Shown piece by piece: positions 8,575-8,688 of a stretch of 8,688 bases of DNA. Location: assembly GCA_051294375.1 (NCBI GenBank), contig JBJCIZ010000663.1, positions 1 through 8,688 on the forward strand, in the 5' to 3' direction. The stretch comes from Paraspadella gotoi (taxonomy: Eukaryota; Animalia; Chaetognatha). The notes under the pieces are model-generated. The model searched no databases and was not told the DNA's origin. It saw nothing but the letters and a program-made list of their open reading frames with translations. The position numbers and the translations under genes are program-made. Each line of letters starts with the position of its first letter. Within the stretch, counting starts at the first letter, position 1.

Positions 8575-8688
8575 CCAAATTTATGCCAGTTGAACCATTA
8601 TGCCAGTTGACAAAATTATGCCAATTGCCCAAATTATGCAAATTTGAACGCCAAATTATGCAATTGAACAATAATGCAAGTTGACCAA
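8575..8688 (-). repeat. 18-bp minisatellite, ~6 units, inverted relative to 2412-2590 and running off the window
   Basis: Units of CCAAATTATGC(C/A)AGTTGA, the reverse complement of the 2412-2590 consensus. Confidence 0.93.

Overview
AT-rich eukaryotic genomic DNA, most likely from an invertebrate animal. I see no prokaryotic genes, RNA genes, CRISPR array or intact long ORF, and most ORFs in the track are chance frames in repeats. The window is dominated by non-autonomous DINE-1/pearl-like (Helentron-associated, HINE-type) elements: about 4 copies of family A (91-841, 1765-2205, ~3195-3876 and an inverted copy at ~6514-6930) and a related family B (~4581-4910). There is also an 18-bp minisatellite in two opposite-facing arrays (2412-2590 and 8575-8688) and several microsatellites. 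The main hidden feature is a frameshifted exon at 3948-4216, which the ORF track does not translate in its coding frame. It encodes a recognisable calcium-binding EGF domain and possibly the start of a SEA domain, with two weaker candidate exons downstream. Much of the sequence looks like unpolished long-read data with insertion-biased noise, so the frameshifts, the 660-bp duplication and the purine/pyrimidine tracts may be artefacts. I cannot support a claim of a new biological system. All alignments were done by eye.
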